A stretch of 61,828 bases of DNA, filler included, from Chthonomonadaceae bacterium (lineage in GTDB: Bacteria; Armatimonadota; Chthonomonadetes; Chthonomonadales; Chthonomonadaceae): NCBI GenBank assembly GCA_035650735.1. It is 4 parts of 4 records of this genome, joined end to end, with 100 filler letters (N's around TTAATTAATTAA, not from the genome) between each part and the next. Parts side by side here need not be neighbours in the genome. Positions count along the whole stretch, not along the records: positions 45,118 to 54,776 come from DASRGZ010000134.1; positions 54,877 to 61,828 come from DASRGZ010000136.1; 2 more parts are not named here. One strand, given 5' to 3'. Both the position numbers and the translations under genes were made by a program. Below, one piece after another: positions 50,843 to 60,719 of this stretch. The notes below the pieces were generated by a model, which did no database searches, was not told where the DNA came from, and saw only the letters and a program-made list of their open reading frames with translations. Position 1 is the stretch's first letter. Each line of letters opens with the position of its first letter.

Positions 50843-51085
50843 ATGCAAGGCAAAATTCCGCCCTGGCTGGCCATTGTCATCATCGTTGTGATCGTGGCGC
50901 TCGTCGGGTTTTTCGGCTATAGCCAGATGAAGTCCAAGGATACGGCCAAAACGCCTCCGCCGCCCTGGATCGATCCGGTCACGAACCGACCGCGCAAAAC
51001 CGGAGTCGGCACCGGCGCGCCGTCTAATAACCCTGCGCCAGGTGCGCAAACGCCCGCAACGGCTCCTGCCGGGAACGGCCCATAG
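50843..51085 (+). CDS. Small single-TM protein with Pro-rich tail
   Basis: AAGGA SD; 'MQGKIPPWLAIVIIVVIVALVGFFGY'. Confidence 0.75.
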   Translation: MQGKIPPWLAIVIIVVIVALVGFFGYSQMKSKDTAKTPPPPWIDPVTNRPRKTGVGTGAPSNNPAPGAQTPATAPAGNGP

Positions 51086-51189
51086 ACTAGAATCCTTCTG
51101 GCCCTCTTGTTACCTAACACAACCATCCAGAGCATCAGGGGCGGCTGCCGGCAGCTTCCGCAGCCGCTCTGTTGGAATAATTTTAAGCA

Positions 51190-52596
51190 ATGCTATCCAG
51201 TAAGCCCTCTCATCCCGTTGCGGCAGGGACATCCCAGGTTGCCTCGCGTTCCTCCGGCAAGCAGGGGGAGCGCCGGGTTCGCCTGCTGCTGCTTGCCGGA
51301 CTGGTGATCAGTCTCGCCGTCTACTGGTTTGTCATCGGCGCGCCGCGCTGGCGTGCCAGGCGCCTAGCGCAGATGAATACGGCGGACCTCACGCGCGCCT
51401 GCTCCCAACACGACCTCGCCGCCTGCACCCTGCTGGGCAACCGGCTGATCCGCGCCCGCCAGGCCGAGCGCGCGGTCGCGCCGCTGAAGGAGTGCCTCAA
51501 CGCCATCCAGGCAGGAAGCGTTCACGCCTCCACCGCCGAAAAGGCCCAGGTGCTCGGCGTTCTGGGCCTGGCGCTGGCGCTCAGCAACCAGGTGCCGGAA
51601 TCGGCCTCCTATTTCCGCCCGGCCATCTACCAGGATTTCAACTGCGCGCCCGCTCACCTCGCCTTCGCCTTCTGGCTCAACTCCAATAACGCCTACGCGA
51701 TCGCCCTCAAAGAGCTGGATACCACCCTGACGCTCGATCCCGACAACGATCTGGCCTGGTTCCTGAGGGCGCATATCTACAACAATAACAAGGAGCCGGA
51801 AAAGGCGCGCGACGCCGCCCAGAAAGCCATCGCCCTCAACCCCAGCTTTCCCAACTCCTGGCAGGAGCTTGGCGACGCCTTCGGCTATTCGGGCCGCTAT
51901 GAGGAGTGCCTGCCCTACTATCAGCAGGAGCTCAAGCTGGACCCTGACTCGCCGACCGCGCAGGCCGACGTGGCGCGCGCCCTGGCCCTTGCCGCCAAGG
52001 ACGAGGCGCAGTATCAGGAAGCCGTACAGCGCATTACAGACGTCCTGAACCGCAATATTGTGGAGGCTGGCCCCGGCTATACGCTGCTGGGCCAGCTGCA
52101 CCTGCGGTTTGGCCGGTACAAAGAGGCGCGTGCGGCGCTGGAAAAGTCGCTCAAACTCGACGATACCGTGCCGGAAGTCTATTATAGCCTCTCGCAGGCC
52201 CTGCGCCTGACGGGAGACATAAAAGGCGCAGAAAAGGCGACCGCGCAGTACAAAGAGATGGAGCGCAACTTCCGTGAGGCGCGCACCCTGCAAAAACAGC
52301 TCTCCGAGCACCCGGACGACCCGGACCTGCATCTCGCCCTGGCGAAAAAGTGGGAGCACTACAAATCCTGGTCCAATGCGCTGCGCGAGTACCAGGCGAC
52401 GCTGACGCTGCGCCCTCAGGACCGGGTCGCCAGAGCGCGCGCCGCCGCGCTGGCGCGCTATAGTTCACAAATTCGGGAGCCGGTGGCGAAGAACTTTGCG
52501 ATGGCCCGCCTGCTGAACGCCAACGCCGCCATTATTCTCTCGCCAAACCAGGGCCGCGCCCCGGCGCTGATGGCTCCCTCCGCTGCACAACCATGA
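51190..52596 (+). CDS. Membrane-anchored TPR protein
   Basis: N-terminal TM and multiple TPRs ('ALNP', 'LKLDP'); ATGA overlap with the next gene. Confidence 0.88.
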   Translation: MLSSKPSHPVAAGTSQVASRSSGKQGERRVRLLLLAGLVISLAVYWFVIGAPRWRARRLAQMNTADLTRACSQHDLAACTLLGNRLIRARQAERAVAPLKECLNAIQAGSVHASTAEKAQVLGVLGLALALSNQVPESASYFRPAIYQDFNCAPAHLAFAFWLNSNNAYAIALKELDTTLTLDPDNDLAWFLRAHIYNNNKEPEKARDAAQKAIALNPSFPNSWQELGDAFGYSGRYEECLPYYQQELKLDPDSPTAQADVARALALAAKDEAQYQEAVQRITDVLNRNIVEAGPGYTLLGQLHLRFGRYKEARAALEKSLKLDDTVPEVYYSLSQALRLTGDIKGAEKATAQYKEMERNFREARTLQKQLSEHPDDPDLHLALAKKWEHYKSWSNALREYQATLTLRPQDRVARARAAALARYSSQIREPVAKNFAMARLLNANAAIILSPNQGRAPALMAPSAAQP

Positions 52597-54335
52597 AATC
52601 TCGGCACATCTTGCTTTACCTGGCGGGCAGCCTGCTGGCTGCCGCGCTCCTGGCGCTTTGGGGCTGCCAGCCCCATTCCGCGGTGCGCCTCACCCCGGCC
52701 GCAACGGCGCAGTCAGGCCCACAGACGGGCATCTTTGCCGATCAGCTCCCCGCTTCCGGCATTGATTTCCACATTCATCAGCAAAAATCGCCCATTACCA
52801 TTCTGGAGTCCGTCGGGCATGGCGCCGGCGTGATTGACTACGACGGCGACGGATTGCTGGACCTCGTCTTTCTAGGGTCGAACCAGATCAAAATCTATCA
52901 CAACGACGGCAACTGGCATTTCCGCGACGTTACCGCCAGCATGGGGCTGCGGCAGGAGGGATATTGGCAGGGCCTTGCCGTCGGCGACTACGATAACGAC
53001 GGCCATCCCGACCTCTACGTCTGCGGCTACGGCTGCTCCGCGCTCTACCATAACGAGCATGGGCAGCGCTTCCGGGAGGTGACCCAGGAGGCCGGATTGC
53101 AGGCCAATCCGCCCGACAAGGACGGCAATGCTGACTGGCGCACCTCGGCGGCGTTCGTGGATGTGGATAACGACGGGCGGCTCGACCTCTACGTCTGCCG
53201 CTACGCCAAGTTCGGCCCCAAGACCATCCAGCTTTGCGGCGATCCCGGCAAGAAGCTCTCCTGCTCCCCCGAAATGTACAAGGGACAGATCGGCAGCCTG
53301 TACATAAACCTGGGAGGGGGCCATTTCCGCGATGAGACGCAGGCGCGCGGCCTGAGCACCGCCTCCGGGCGTGGCCTGGGGGTCGCCGTTGCCGACTACA
53401 ACGAGGATGGCAATATAGACATCGCCCTCGCCAACGACGAGCTGCCCGGCAACCTGTTCAAAGGCATCGGTAAGGGCCGCTTCCAGGATGTGAGCCGGGA
53501 GAGCGGCACGGCCTACGACAGCACCGGCAAAACGCACGGCGGCATGGGCATTGATTGGGGCGACTTCGATGGCGATGGCAAGCTAGACCTCTTCGTTACC
53601 ACCTATGAGAACGAAACCAAAACGCTCTACCGCCACATCCAGACCGATATGTTCATGGATGTAAGCCAGATTGCCAACCTGGTACAGCCGACGTCCCTCT
53701 GGGTCGGCTGGGGCACGAAATTCCTGGACTACGACCGCGACGGCCACCTGGATCTCTTTATGACCAGCGGCCATGTCATGGATAACATCGCCATCCTGGG
53801 CAAGGGCGGCCTGTATGCCCAGCCGATACAGTTGTTCCACAACGAGGGTAACCGGTTTACCGAGGTCAGCAAAGAGGCGGGGCCGGCTTTTCTGAGTAAC
53901 CTGGTAGGACGGGCCGCCTGCCTGGCCGACATAGATAACGATGGCCGGCAAGACCTGATCGTCAGCAACATTGAGGGCAAGCCTCTCCTGCTCCGCAACG
54001 TCTACGAGTCCCCCAATCACTGGCTCGGCCTGCAATTGGTCGGCAAGCAGAGCAACCGCATGGGATTGGGTGCGGAAGTGCGCGCCGATCTAGGCGGTCA
54101 CAAGCTGGTGCGCATCTGTACGACGACGGGCAGCGTGCTCAGCGCCAGCGATCCGCGCGTCTATTTCGGCCTGGGCGCGCACACGACCGTGCCGCGCCTG
54201 ACCATCCGCTGGCCGAGCGGCAAGACCGATACCTTTGCCAACGTGCCGGTAGACCGCTACCTTATCGCCACCGAAGGAGAGAAGGCCCTGGTTCCGGCTG
54301 CCTACAACGGCCTGGCCTCCGCGAGATCGGAGTGA
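52593..54335 (+). CDS. CRTAC1-family (FG-GAP + ASPIC/UnbV) lipoprotein
   Basis: Lipobox-like LWGC; DxDxDG repeats; 'FGLG....V..LTIRWPSG'. Confidence 0.92.
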   Translation: MKSRHILLYLAGSLLAAALLALWGCQPHSAVRLTPAATAQSGPQTGIFADQLPASGIDFHIHQQKSPITILESVGHGAGVIDYDGDGLLDLVFLGSNQIKIYHNDGNWHFRDVTASMGLRQEGYWQGLAVGDYDNDGHPDLYVCGYGCSALYHNEHGQRFREVTQEAGLQANPPDKDGNADWRTSAAFVDVDNDGRLDLYVCRYAKFGPKTIQLCGDPGKKLSCSPEMYKGQIGSLYINLGGGHFRDETQARGLSTASGRGLGVAVADYNEDGNIDIALANDELPGNLFKGIGKGRFQDVSRESGTAYDSTGKTHGGMGIDWGDFDGDGKLDLFVTTYENETKTLYRHIQTDMFMDVSQIANLVQPTSLWVGWGTKFLDYDRDGHLDLFMTSGHVMDNIAILGKGGLYAQPIQLFHNEGNRFTEVSKEAGPAFLSNLVGRAACLADIDNDGRQDLIVSNIEGKPLLLRNVYESPNHWLGLQLVGKQSNRMGLGAEVRADLGGHKLVRICTTTGSVLSASDPRVYFGLGAHTTVPRLTIRWPSGKTDTFANVPVDRYLIATEGEKALVPAAYNGLASARSE

Positions 54336-54405
54336 TCGCCCTTAACTACAGAGCAGGAAACCATAACGCACGCAGTATGTCAGCTTACCATTGGAGGAGA
54401 GACCC

Positions 54406-54627
54406 ATGCTACAAAAGAAGGTAAGCCCGGGGGTCGTGATTGTAGCCATCATTCTTACGGCCATTTTCGTGATCGCCCTGGGCTCGCGCACCTTGCAGGA
54501 GAAGCCGACCGCCATTGGCTTTATGCACGGCAAGCCGATGACAAGAGAGCAGGGCGAGGCTCTCGCCGCGGCGATGCGCGGCCATTCCAGGCCCCCTGCC
54601 AACGCCGGCCAGAATCAGAAAAGGTAA
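54406..54627 (+). CDS. Small single-TM protein
   Basis: GGAGGAG SD; 'KKVSPGVVIVAIILTAIFVIAL'. Confidence 0.7.
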   Translation: MLQKKVSPGVVIVAIILTAIFVIALGSRTLQEKPTAIGFMHGKPMTREQGEALAAAMRGHSRPPANAGQNQKR

Positions 54628-54664
54628 CTCTTTTTCCGGCAGGCTAAACCCTGCCGCTGTGGGG

Positions 54665-54776
54665 CGCTGCCAGGGTCGGCGCTGCGCTCGCTCGACTGCC
54701 AGGGACGCCGCTCAACGGTTCGCGGCTCTGCCTGGCGATCTCCGCCTAGCCAGGCCCGCTGACTGCCAGGGTCGGG
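54665..54776 (-). repeat. Nested hairpin unit at contig end
   Basis: Minus strand: GCTAGGCGGAG ATCGCCAGGCAGAG..GTCCCTGGCAGT..CCGACCCTGGCAG. Confidence 0.75.
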
Positions 54777-54876
54777 NNNNNNNNNNNNNNNNNNNNNNNN
54801 NNNNNNNNNNNNNNNNNNNNTTAATTAATTAANNNNNNNNNNNNNNNNNNNNNNNNNNNNNNNNNNNNNNNNNNNN
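54777..54876. other. Artificial contig linker
   Basis: N-run + TTAATTAATTAA + N-run. Confidence 0.98.
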
Positions 54877-54942
54877 GTTGCAGGCAAGTTCTTGCCTTGA
54901 CTGCACAGAACCGCACTCACCTGCAAGAGGTTAGCCACTCCC
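54877..54942. mobile_element. Truncated MITE / IS end
   Basis: Ends CACCTGCAAGAGGTTAGCCACTCCC; inner TTGCAGG/CCTGCAA inverted pair; at a contig edge. Confidence 0.6.
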
Positions 54943-55190
54943 TTTTAGCGAGCCCAAAGCGGTCATCAGCCTCAAGGTCTTCTCTCGAAGCAGGCAAAAA
55001 AGGGCATACACCCTCTAGAAAGCGCGCCAGGATGGCTATCCATGCTGCCGTCACTTTGCGGAGGGAATGACCCTATTCTGTACGCTATTGGGAGCCGTCT
55101 GGTTCAGGGCGTTGCGGCCTCTTCGTCGCTAACCGCATCAACAGACGAGGTTAACAGGAACGAAGTTGTCTCTCGCGTGGAAGTTCCTTA

Positions 55191-55595
55191 CTAGGGCCGT
55201 CTCTTGCGGCGTTTGCCAGGCCGATACGTGCCCTCCTGCTTTACCTCATGCGTATCTTGAAACTCTTGCAGTCGTTCGGACAGCGATTCGAGGCTGGCAA
55301 CCTCACGGGCATCTTCTTCGATGTGCCGGGCGTGGGCGCGCACCATAGGGCTGGGGTCTTTTTGCAGCCGTTTGGCCGCTTGCCGTAATCGGTAGAAAAC
55401 TTCCCAGGGCATCCGGCAAGGACAGATCTGCCGCACCGCTTTGGCGCGGGTGACTTCGTCGTCGGACTGCATATCGGCCAGGATGCGCTCCACTTCGGCT
55501 TCATCGAACGGTTGCGACCGTAGCCTTTCAACTTCGGCGAGCTTCTGCTCCATGTGTTCCTTCTGTGAAGGCGACAGGCATAGCTTCGTAGCCAT
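55191..55595 (-). CDS. Small HEAT-like repeat protein
   Basis: 'RAKAVRQICPC', 'KDPSPMVRAHA'; GGAGG SD. Confidence 0.65.
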   Translation of the reverse strand: MATKLCLSPSQKEHMEQKLAEVERLRSQPFDEAEVERILADMQSDDEVTRAKAVRQICPCRMPWEVFYRLRQAAKRLQKDPSPMVRAHARHIEEDAREVASLESLSERLQEFQDTHEVKQEGTYRPGKRRKRRP

Positions 55596-55805
55596 TTTTC
55601 CTCCCCTTTTCTGATGGGTAGCCCTGCATTCCACCGTGGTGGGAGATTGGGCGTTCGAGAGGCAAGCACCATTTTGTAGGGCGCTGCCCCTTACGGACTA
55701 CTCCTATCCTATATCCATTTGAAGAGGGAATTTGCTAAAGCAGCGTCCTGGTACGGAGCAGGAGGGAGCTAAAGAGACCGTTAAAAGAGCTAGATTCCGA
55801 GCCGT

Positions 55806-56781
55806 CTAAGCATGTTCAAAGGTAAGCCGCTTTCCGTAGGCGGCCTCCGTAAATGCCTCAATGGCGGCGCGCAGGCTCATGGCCGGGAACTCCATTTTGT
55901 CGGGGCTGGTCTCGCCCAGCCCCAATCGGCTTGCCTCCCAGAGATGGCGCACGGCCTGCGGCCCGAAGCCCAGCAGCTTAGCGCCGACCACGTCGGCAGC
56001 CAGCGGGTCGGTGCTGGCGATGACCAGCCCCGTCTCGACGACATGGCCGCCGAGCGGCCCGGCGCCGATCATGGCCGGATGGCCGACGGTGATCGCCAGG
56101 CGGATGGGGAAGCGCTTTGCCATCGCTGCGATGAAGGAGTGCATATCCGCGAAAAACCAGTTCTCGTGCTTCTTCGTGGAGCGGGGATGGCCGTAGTAGT
56201 CCGCCGCCGGGAAGGACATGGCGATGTTCTTGAGCGCCAGGGTAACGGTGGCTGTCTCGTGCAGCTTCAACTGGCTGAGGGAGATCAGCGTTTCATACTC
56301 CAGCACGCGCGGGTTGACCATGATCGACCTTTGCGGGCCTTCCACGTCTTTATTCGGGGCATACTTTTTTAGCTGGGGGGGAGGATCGCCCCCCCCCAGT
56401 TTGGCCTTCCACGTCTTTATTCGGGGCATACTCCAGCGCGACTTCCGTAAACGGCGGGCGGTTGTGATCGAAGAAGGTCGCTCCTTCCTGCTCGACGACC
56501 TCCATCAAGCCGGCAATGCGAAACACATCTTCCGTCTCCGCGGCGCCAGCGCCGCCGCTGACGACGAGCTCGCGCGGGCCATAGGCTTTCAGACGGCGCA
56601 GCACCGCGCGGAGCGTGTCTGGCTGCGTCACGCCGGTCTTGTCTTTTTCCGAGGCCCAGGTATCGTTGGGTTTGACCGCGACGCGCTTGCCGCGTACCAG
56701 CCCCTCCAGGGGAATAGGGTCCAGCGCGGCGTTGATGGCCTTCTCAATGGCATCGTTCTGGGTAATGACAACGGCAGGCAT
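55806..56781 (-). pseudogene. DUF362 Fe-S protein frameshifted by a 67-bp insertion
   Basis: 'VAVKPN', 'LKLH....VTLALKN', 'ASTDPLAAD'; removing the insertion gives a continuous 'LEYAPNKDVEGPQRSIMV'. Confidence 0.88.
56336..56432. repeat. 30-bp perfect direct repeat flanking a 37-bp hairpin insert
   Basis: GGCCTTCCACGTCTTTATTCGGGGCATACT at 56336-56365 and 56403-56432. Confidence 0.92.
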
Positions 56782-56961
56782 CTGCTTCTCCTCGCTTCTT
56801 ACATCGAGATTTGGGAGGCTCGCAGGCGGCGCGGGTGGACACTAAACTACTGCTGCTCCTCGCTTCCTGAATCGAGATACCGAGCGCCGATCTGCGGGTC
56901 GGGCCGGGAACAGGACGGCGCATAGAACCGTCCTGTTCCTCAAGAATGGGCTTCCATCACC

Positions 56962-57040
56962 GGAGTGTCGGATCGGTTGCCGTTATCTTTGCGTTCTCGC
57001 TGAATAGAAGCCAACTTACCTGCAAGCGGTCAGATACTCC
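56962..57040. mobile_element. 79-bp MITE (second full copy)
   Basis: GGAGTGTCGGA...AACTTACCTGCAAGCGGTCAGATACTCC. Confidence 0.65.
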
Positions 57041-57070
57041 CGTTACGAGATCTGGAGGGAGGTGCGCGCC

Positions 57071-58045
57071 ATGCTGCTGGCGCTGCTGGGGGATGTGATG
57101 CTGGGCCGGGGCGTGGGGGATGAGATCGTACGGCGGCCCCCGCAGAGCTTCTGGGGCGACACGCTGCCGCTGCTGCGTGAAGCCGACCTGGTGCTGGCCA
57201 ATCTGGAGTGCGCCGTGACCACCTATCCCCATCCCTGGTCGCGCTCGCCAAAGGTCTTCCATTTTCGCGCGCCGCCCGGAGCTATAGAGGTCCTGCGTGC
57301 TGCCAACATCCGCCTGGTTTCCCTGGCGAACAACCATACGCTCGATTTTGAAGAGCAGGGCCTGCTCGACACGCTGGCCTATCTGGACAGCGCCGGCATC
57401 GCCCATGCCGGAGCCGGGCGGAATCGGGAAGAGGCGCGTCGTCCGGCTATCGTGGAGGCTGGCGGCCTACGCATCGGCCTGATCGCCTGCACCGATAACG
57501 AGCCGGGTTGGGAGGCGGGGCCGGATCGTCCCGGCATCAACTACCTTGCCATTCGCCGCGACCCCGTAACCATGCGGCTTCTGACCGAGACGATTGCGCA
57601 GGCCCGTGCGCAGGGCGCCCAATTTGTGATCCTCTCGCTGCATTGGGGGCCAAACATGCGCCTGCGTCCGCCCGTACACTTTCAGGAGTTTGCCCACGAT
57701 GCGTTGGATTTTGGTGCCGATCTGATCTACGGGCATTCGGCGCATATCTTCCAGGGCGTCGAGATCTACGCGGGCAAGCCCATCCTCTACGATACCGGTG
57801 ATTTCCTGGACGACTATGCCGTAGACCCAACGCTGCGCAACGACCAATCGCTGATCTTCTTTGCCGAGGTGGATAAAGGCGGCGTTCGTGCGCTGCGCAT
57901 GGTTCCCGTACGCCTGCGCTACGCGGAGGTCAACCGGGCCGCAGGGCCGGACCTGGCGGAGATCTGCGACCGGATGATCGCGCTCTCGGCAGAGCTCGGC
58001 ACGCGCGTACAACGGCAGGATTCCACGCTATTAGCCGGGCCATGA
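57071..58045 (+). CDS. CapA family (poly-gamma-glutamate synthesis) metallophosphatase-fold protein
   Basis: 'GDVMLGR', 'NLEC', 'LANNH', 'HWG', 'GHSAH', 'YDTGDF'. Confidence 0.92.
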   Translation: MLLALLGDVMLGRGVGDEIVRRPPQSFWGDTLPLLREADLVLANLECAVTTYPHPWSRSPKVFHFRAPPGAIEVLRAANIRLVSLANNHTLDFEEQGLLDTLAYLDSAGIAHAGAGRNREEARRPAIVEAGGLRIGLIACTDNEPGWEAGPDRPGINYLAIRRDPVTMRLLTETIAQARAQGAQFVILSLHWGPNMRLRPPVHFQEFAHDALDFGADLIYGHSAHIFQGVEIYAGKPILYDTGDFLDDYAVDPTLRNDQSLIFFAEVDKGGVRALRMVPVRLRYAEVNRAAGPDLAEICDRMIALSAELGTRVQRQDSTLLAGP

Positions 58046-58338
58046 ATGACCCGTCTGTAGGGCGGCTACGCCGCCAACCGTCCTCGCGGACGGAACAACC
58101 GGCCTATCGGCAGGGGGATTGCCTTCGTAGAGCGGAAAGAGCCGTCCGCAACGGAGCGTCCGCTAGTCGCAAGGCAGAGGCGCGAGTATCGCCAGGCGGA
58201 GATCGCCAGGCAGAGCCGCGAACCGTTGAGCGGCGTCCCTGGCAGTCGAGCGTGCCCAGTCCCGACCCTAGCAGTGGTAGCGCCGTCCCTTGCAGTCGCC
58301 TGGCCGTAGGCCCCTCAGACGGGTCATTCATGGCCCGG
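58035..58338. repeat. Composite repeat with perfect 23-bp terminal inverted repeats enclosing a three-level nested unit
   Basis: CCGGGCCATGAATGACCCGTCTG (58035-58057) / CAGACGGGTCATTCATGGCCCGG (58316-58338). Confidence 0.85.
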
Positions 58339-60144
58339 ATACGTCCGGGTGGGTAAGGGGAGAGATTTATGCGGAATGCCGCGCCCCTCTTCGATGCACA
58401 GGATGCGGTCGGGGGCGATGTGCCGCAGGGTCTCCTGATGGCCATCGGGCCAGCGGATGGTGAGGCTATCCAGCGTGGCGGTCTGGCCTAAGCCGAAGTG
58501 GATTCGCGGATCGCTGGAGGAAAGATAGGAGGAGGCGGGGGAAACCTGACCGACCCACTGATCCTTGCCGGCGCGCGCCACGACCTGCGCGCCGTAGGCG
58601 AAGCGATTGGGACTGCTGCCGCGCAGATCGAGCGTGATCCAGTGGTTGGGCGTCTGGGAGACGTTGTGGAATAGAAGGGGCTGGCCCTCATAATCCACCG
58701 CCAGGAAATCCATGCGGCCATCGTTGTCGAAGTCGCCGGTGGCCAGGCCGCGTCCCAGGATAGGCGTCGCCACCTCCCCGCCCATCTGGGGCACCAGGTC
58801 GGTGAACTGGCGTCCGCGCTCGTTGTGGAACAGCATCATGGGCTGCCGGAAGGTGGAGAGCGGATCGATGTCGTGGACGTTATCGTAGACGTGGCCGTTG
58901 ACGAAGATAAGATCGGGCCAGCCGTCGTTGTCCAGATCGATCCACTTGTCGCCGAAGCCCAGCGGCTTGTAGGTCGGCCCGGAAAGGCCCGTCTCGTCGC
59001 TCGTCTGCTCGAAGAACCCCCTGCCCACCGCCCGATACAGCGTGTAGGACTCATCGGAGAAGCCGGAAACCGCCAGGTCGAGCCGTCCGTCTCGATCATA
59101 ATCGGCCCAGTCCGCGCCCATTGCCGCCATGGGATGGGCCAGCGCGCCGTAGGCGACGTTGCTGCGCAGCGCGACGTTGCGGAAGCGCAGGCCGCCCAGG
59201 TTGAGCATCAAATCCGCCGGCGTGCCGTCGTTGCCGATGTAGAAGTCCATTCGCCCGTCGCCGTTCACGTCGGCAAAGGCCACGACCAGCGCCTTGCCGT
59301 GCGTGGCCTTCATGCCGGAGGCGTCGGTCACGTCCTTGAACTTCCCGTTGCCCAGGTTCTGCCAGAGTTCGCCGAATTCGGGCCGGTAGCTGCTGGGCGG
59401 GCAGCCACTGCGCACGCCCGATCTCATCTCGCAATACTGCGGCTCGTGCGGCCCAAAGATGACGTAGTTCAGGAGCACCAGGTCGAGCCTGCCGTTGCCC
59501 TCTAAGTCCATAAATCCGGCGCTGCTGCCCCAGTGCCCGCGATTGTGCGGGTCCAGGCCGGCGGCGGCAGTCACATCCTGGAAGCCTTTGCCTCCCGCGT
59601 TCTTTAGGAGCGCCAGCCGTCGGAAGCCGGTCAGCACCAGATCCAGATAGCCATCGCCATCATAATCCCCGACGGCACAACCCTTCCAATCTCCCTGCAC
59701 GGCGGCGAGGCCCATCGCCTCCGACACCTCTTCGAACTGGCCGTTGCCCTTGTTGTGATAGAGCAGGACGTGCGGCGCGGTCACCAGCAAAATATCCTGC
59801 CAGCCATCGTTATCGTAGTCCAGGAAGGCGCACCCGCAGCCGAAGGCTTCCAGGTTGCGCAGCGGGCGCGGCTGTTGGGGCCAGCGATAGTGCAGGCCCG
59901 CCTTCTCCGCGACGTTCTCAAAGCGGATGCCCTGCACGGCCTGTGCGGGACGCGCGTAAGGGTCTGCGCTGGCCGCTTCGGCGGCTTTGACGACGGGCAC
60001 GGTAACGGAAGGCGAGCGGTGGCAGCCCGCCAGGCCGCCCGCCAGCCCTATCCAAAGCGCAGCCAATCCGAGCGGCGCGGGGAGCCGGGATGCTCGCTTC
60101 AGGATGCGTAGGAGGAAGCAGATACGGTGGGATGGAGAGGACAT
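58324..60144 (-). CDS. CRTAC1-family (FG-GAP + ASPIC/UnbV) lipoprotein
   Basis: Lipobox LAGC; DYDNDG repeats; 'SYLSSSDPRIHFGLG..IRWPDG'. Confidence 0.92.
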   Translation of the reverse strand: MSSPSHRICFLLRILKRASRLPAPLGLAALWIGLAGGLAGCHRSPSVTVPVVKAAEAASADPYARPAQAVQGIRFENVAEKAGLHYRWPQQPRPLRNLEAFGCGCAFLDYDNDGWQDILLVTAPHVLLYHNKGNGQFEEVSEAMGLAAVQGDWKGCAVGDYDGDGYLDLVLTGFRRLALLKNAGGKGFQDVTAAAGLDPHNRGHWGSSAGFMDLEGNGRLDLVLLNYVIFGPHEPQYCEMRSGVRSGCPPSSYRPEFGELWQNLGNGKFKDVTDASGMKATHGKALVVAFADVNGDGRMDFYIGNDGTPADLMLNLGGLRFRNVALRSNVAYGALAHPMAAMGADWADYDRDGRLDLAVSGFSDESYTLYRAVGRGFFEQTSDETGLSGPTYKPLGFGDKWIDLDNDGWPDLIFVNGHVYDNVHDIDPLSTFRQPMMLFHNERGRQFTDLVPQMGGEVATPILGRGLATGDFDNDGRMDFLAVDYEGQPLLFHNVSQTPNHWITLDLRGSSPNRFAYGAQVVARAGKDQWVGQVSPASSYLSSSDPRIHFGLGQTATLDSLTIRWPDGHQETLRHIAPDRILCIEEGRGIPHKSLPLPTRTYPGHE

Positions 60145-60254
60145 GGGCGTTCTGGCAAACAAGGGAAAGCATGTACTGCCCAGCGCGAAAACGGCACAAA
60201 AGCTTGCCTGTCTCTGTCTACCTATCTCTCGAAGGCGTCGGGTAGAGTTATTCC

Positions 60255-60719
60255 TTACGGGTGGGCGTTGGGGTTCTCCATAGCAAGCCCTTCGGCTGTT
60301 GCTGCGATGTTCAGTTCCACATCGGCGGAGATGAAGAGGATGGCGGGAAACCCTGCCGCTATGTAGAGGTTGTTCACCTCCAGGCCGGCGGCCAGTTGCA
60401 CCGTATCGTAGCCCCGCAGGCCATGCGTTTCGGCAAGGGTCATCGCTTGGGCAACAAGCGTGTCGGTCGCTTCGATGACGAGATAGCCGGTAACTAGGTC
60501 GGCACGAAAGTCAGCACGAGCGCGGGCCGCATCTGCTGGCGTGAGCGTACCGGCCCGCTCGCGGCGGGTGATGGCGGCGATGAGTTCCACCGTCGTCATG
60601 CGAACGGTATACGTTTCATTGCCGGTAGGCAGGCCGACCATGCCGCGCAGCCACGCCGACCCGCGTTCCAAGACATAGCGTTTGGCGAGGGCGCTGGTGT
60701 CGGCATACAGCACCGCCAC
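60255..60719 (-). CDS. vapC: VapC PIN-domain toxin
   Basis: 'YADTSALAKRY..E', 'VE', 'LRGYD..QLA', 'FISAD'. Confidence 0.9.
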   Translation of the reverse strand: MAVLYADTSALAKRYVLERGSAWLRGMVGLPTGNETYTVRMTTVELIAAITRRERAGTLTPADAARARADFRADLVTGYLVIEATDTLVAQAMTLAETHGLRGYDTVQLAAGLEVNNLYIAAGFPAILFISADVELNIAATAEGLAMENPNAHP

